The notes below the pieces were generated by a model, which ran no database searches, had not been told where the DNA came from, and saw only the letters and a list, made by a program, of their open reading frames with translations. This document shows positions 63,441-64,000 of a stretch of DNA of 64,000 bases, one piece after another (within the stretch, counting starts at the first letter, position 1; each line of letters opens with the position of its first letter). The position numbers and the translations under genes were made by a program. This DNA comes from Eledone cirrhosa (Eukaryota). The DNA lies in the NCBI GenBank assembly GCA_964016885.1, contig OZ024741.1, positions 272,242,001 through 272,306,000 of the forward strand, written 5' to 3'.

Positions 63441-63595
63441 GGGTTTATATCTTCTACTTTAACCACAGCATGTCCTGTGCCTTGTTGGTATATACGTTGC
63501 ATATATCATCATCATCATCTTTATGTCAATTTATTAGGTGAAGATGATGATGATGATGCCATCACCACCATTTTGAAGCAATATATATTGAAAGT
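63441..63595 (+). repeat. True right junction of the array (source of the two internal islands)
   Basis: Same island, 12 bp shorter in the GAT tract, but it continues into unique sequence (aggaaaatcc...) instead of returning to the satellite. Confidence 0.92.
63505..63557. repeat. Perfect 17-bp inverted repeat (ATC)n/(GAT)n with 19-nt spacer
   Basis: atcatcatcatcatctt (63505-63521) is the exact reverse complement of aagatgatgatgatgat (63541-63557). Confidence 0.9.
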
Positions 63596-63777
63596 AGGAA
63601 AATCCAACTAAAATGAAAATATTAGTCATGAAATTTATATGGAAGTCTATTATAACTTTCTTTGAAAGACGCACTATACACCTCCCTCACCCCACCACCA
63701 CCCACATAGACTCATACGCAGCATATGTGATGTATGGGTATGGAGTATGAAGCGCAGCACCCTACTAAGGAGTGAGT

Positions 63778-63810
63778 GTATATAAATATATACATATATA
63801 TATGTATATA
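63778..63810. repeat. Imperfect (TA)n microsatellite
   Basis: gtatataaatatatacatatatatatgtatata. Confidence 0.8.
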
Positions 63811-63827
63811 AGTAGAAGGGATATAAT

Positions 63828-63959
63828 ACAAAATCAACATTTCTCGTAACTCATGTTACAAACAACCACCTAAAACTTGTACTACCTATTTATTTATTTA
63901 TTTATTTATCTACATAAGACACAAAATCAACAACCCTCGTAACTCATATTATAAACAAC
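63828..63959. repeat. ~39-bp direct repeat (93-bp spacing) flanking a (TTTA)n microsatellite
   Basis: acaaaatcaaca...ctcgtaactcat(g/a)tta(c/t)aaacaac at 63828 and 63921; tatttatttatttatttatttat at ~63887-63909. Confidence 0.8.
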
Positions 63960-64000
63960 TAATAATTGCAAATTATCTCTCTAATAATAATACATAGGCT

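Larger units (their letters stand above)
3101..63492 (+). repeat. Giant 54-bp tandem repeat (mini/satellite) array, ~60.4 kb, ~1,100 head-to-tail monomers
   Basis: Consensus gtgtctt(g/t)tactttagcctctgactgtcca(c/g)tgtc(a/t)tggtggcaccttg(a/g)gtct: 54 bp, ~50% GC, 20 T vs 7 A on the + strand, no CpG in consensus. One orientation throughout. Shorter variant monomers (2-bp, 1-bp and 7-bp deletions) recur. Confidence 0.99.
2979..64000 (+). other. Intron 2 of NATD1-like gene (>61 kb, runs past the window end; final exon not seen)
   Basis: Donor at 2979. No sequence encoding the expected C-terminus (AxLDxxxxxxLKxxxTCxYI-type) after any AG in the unique segments 2979-3100 or 63490-64000. Confidence 0.65.

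Noticed and set aside
3101-63492. CRISPR array or other repeat-spacer system
   Set aside because: Monomers are head-to-tail with no unique spacers, there are no cas genes, and the context is a spliced eukaryotic gene.
3101-63492. C2H2 zinc-finger tandem gene (expanded in cephalopods)
   Set aside because: The period is 54 bp rather than 84 bp, with no C-x2-C...H-x3-H pattern or TGEKP linker in any frame.
4400-63541. The several hundred short ORFs across the array
   Set aside because: All are translations of the same satellite in alternative frames. They are useful only as markers of duplication offsets.

Overview
Eukaryotic (animal) genomic DNA, probably octopus/cephalopod: a tRNA-type SINE at ~309-490 resembles the common octopus SINE as I recall it. 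The window holds the first two coding exons of a NATD1-like (GNAT/YjdJ-type acetyltransferase) gene on the + strand. Exon 1 is 65-212 and exon 2 is 2851-2978; they join in frame through canonical GT-AG sites. The ORF track shows only an exon-1 read-through and misses exon 2. The expected last exon is not in the window. Starting 122 bp after the exon-2 donor, a single-orientation 54-bp tandem repeat (~1,100 monomers, 3101-~63490) fills ~94% of the window, so intron 2 is apparently >61 kb. The array is structured. It has a very homogeneous left edge with a 216-bp tetramer, two variant domains with a transition near 40 kb, and nested higher-order duplications (~2-3.4 kb, 3,972 bp, ~9-9.7 kb, 7,462 bp). 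Two internal copies of its own right-hand junction also lie inside it. Nearly all ORFs in the track are artefacts of the 18-codon monomer. Intron 1 carries a separate 70-bp minisatellite and small duplications. I see no CRISPR array, prokaryotic system or autonomous transposon. Duplication boundaries were estimated by eye and from ORF-track offsets.
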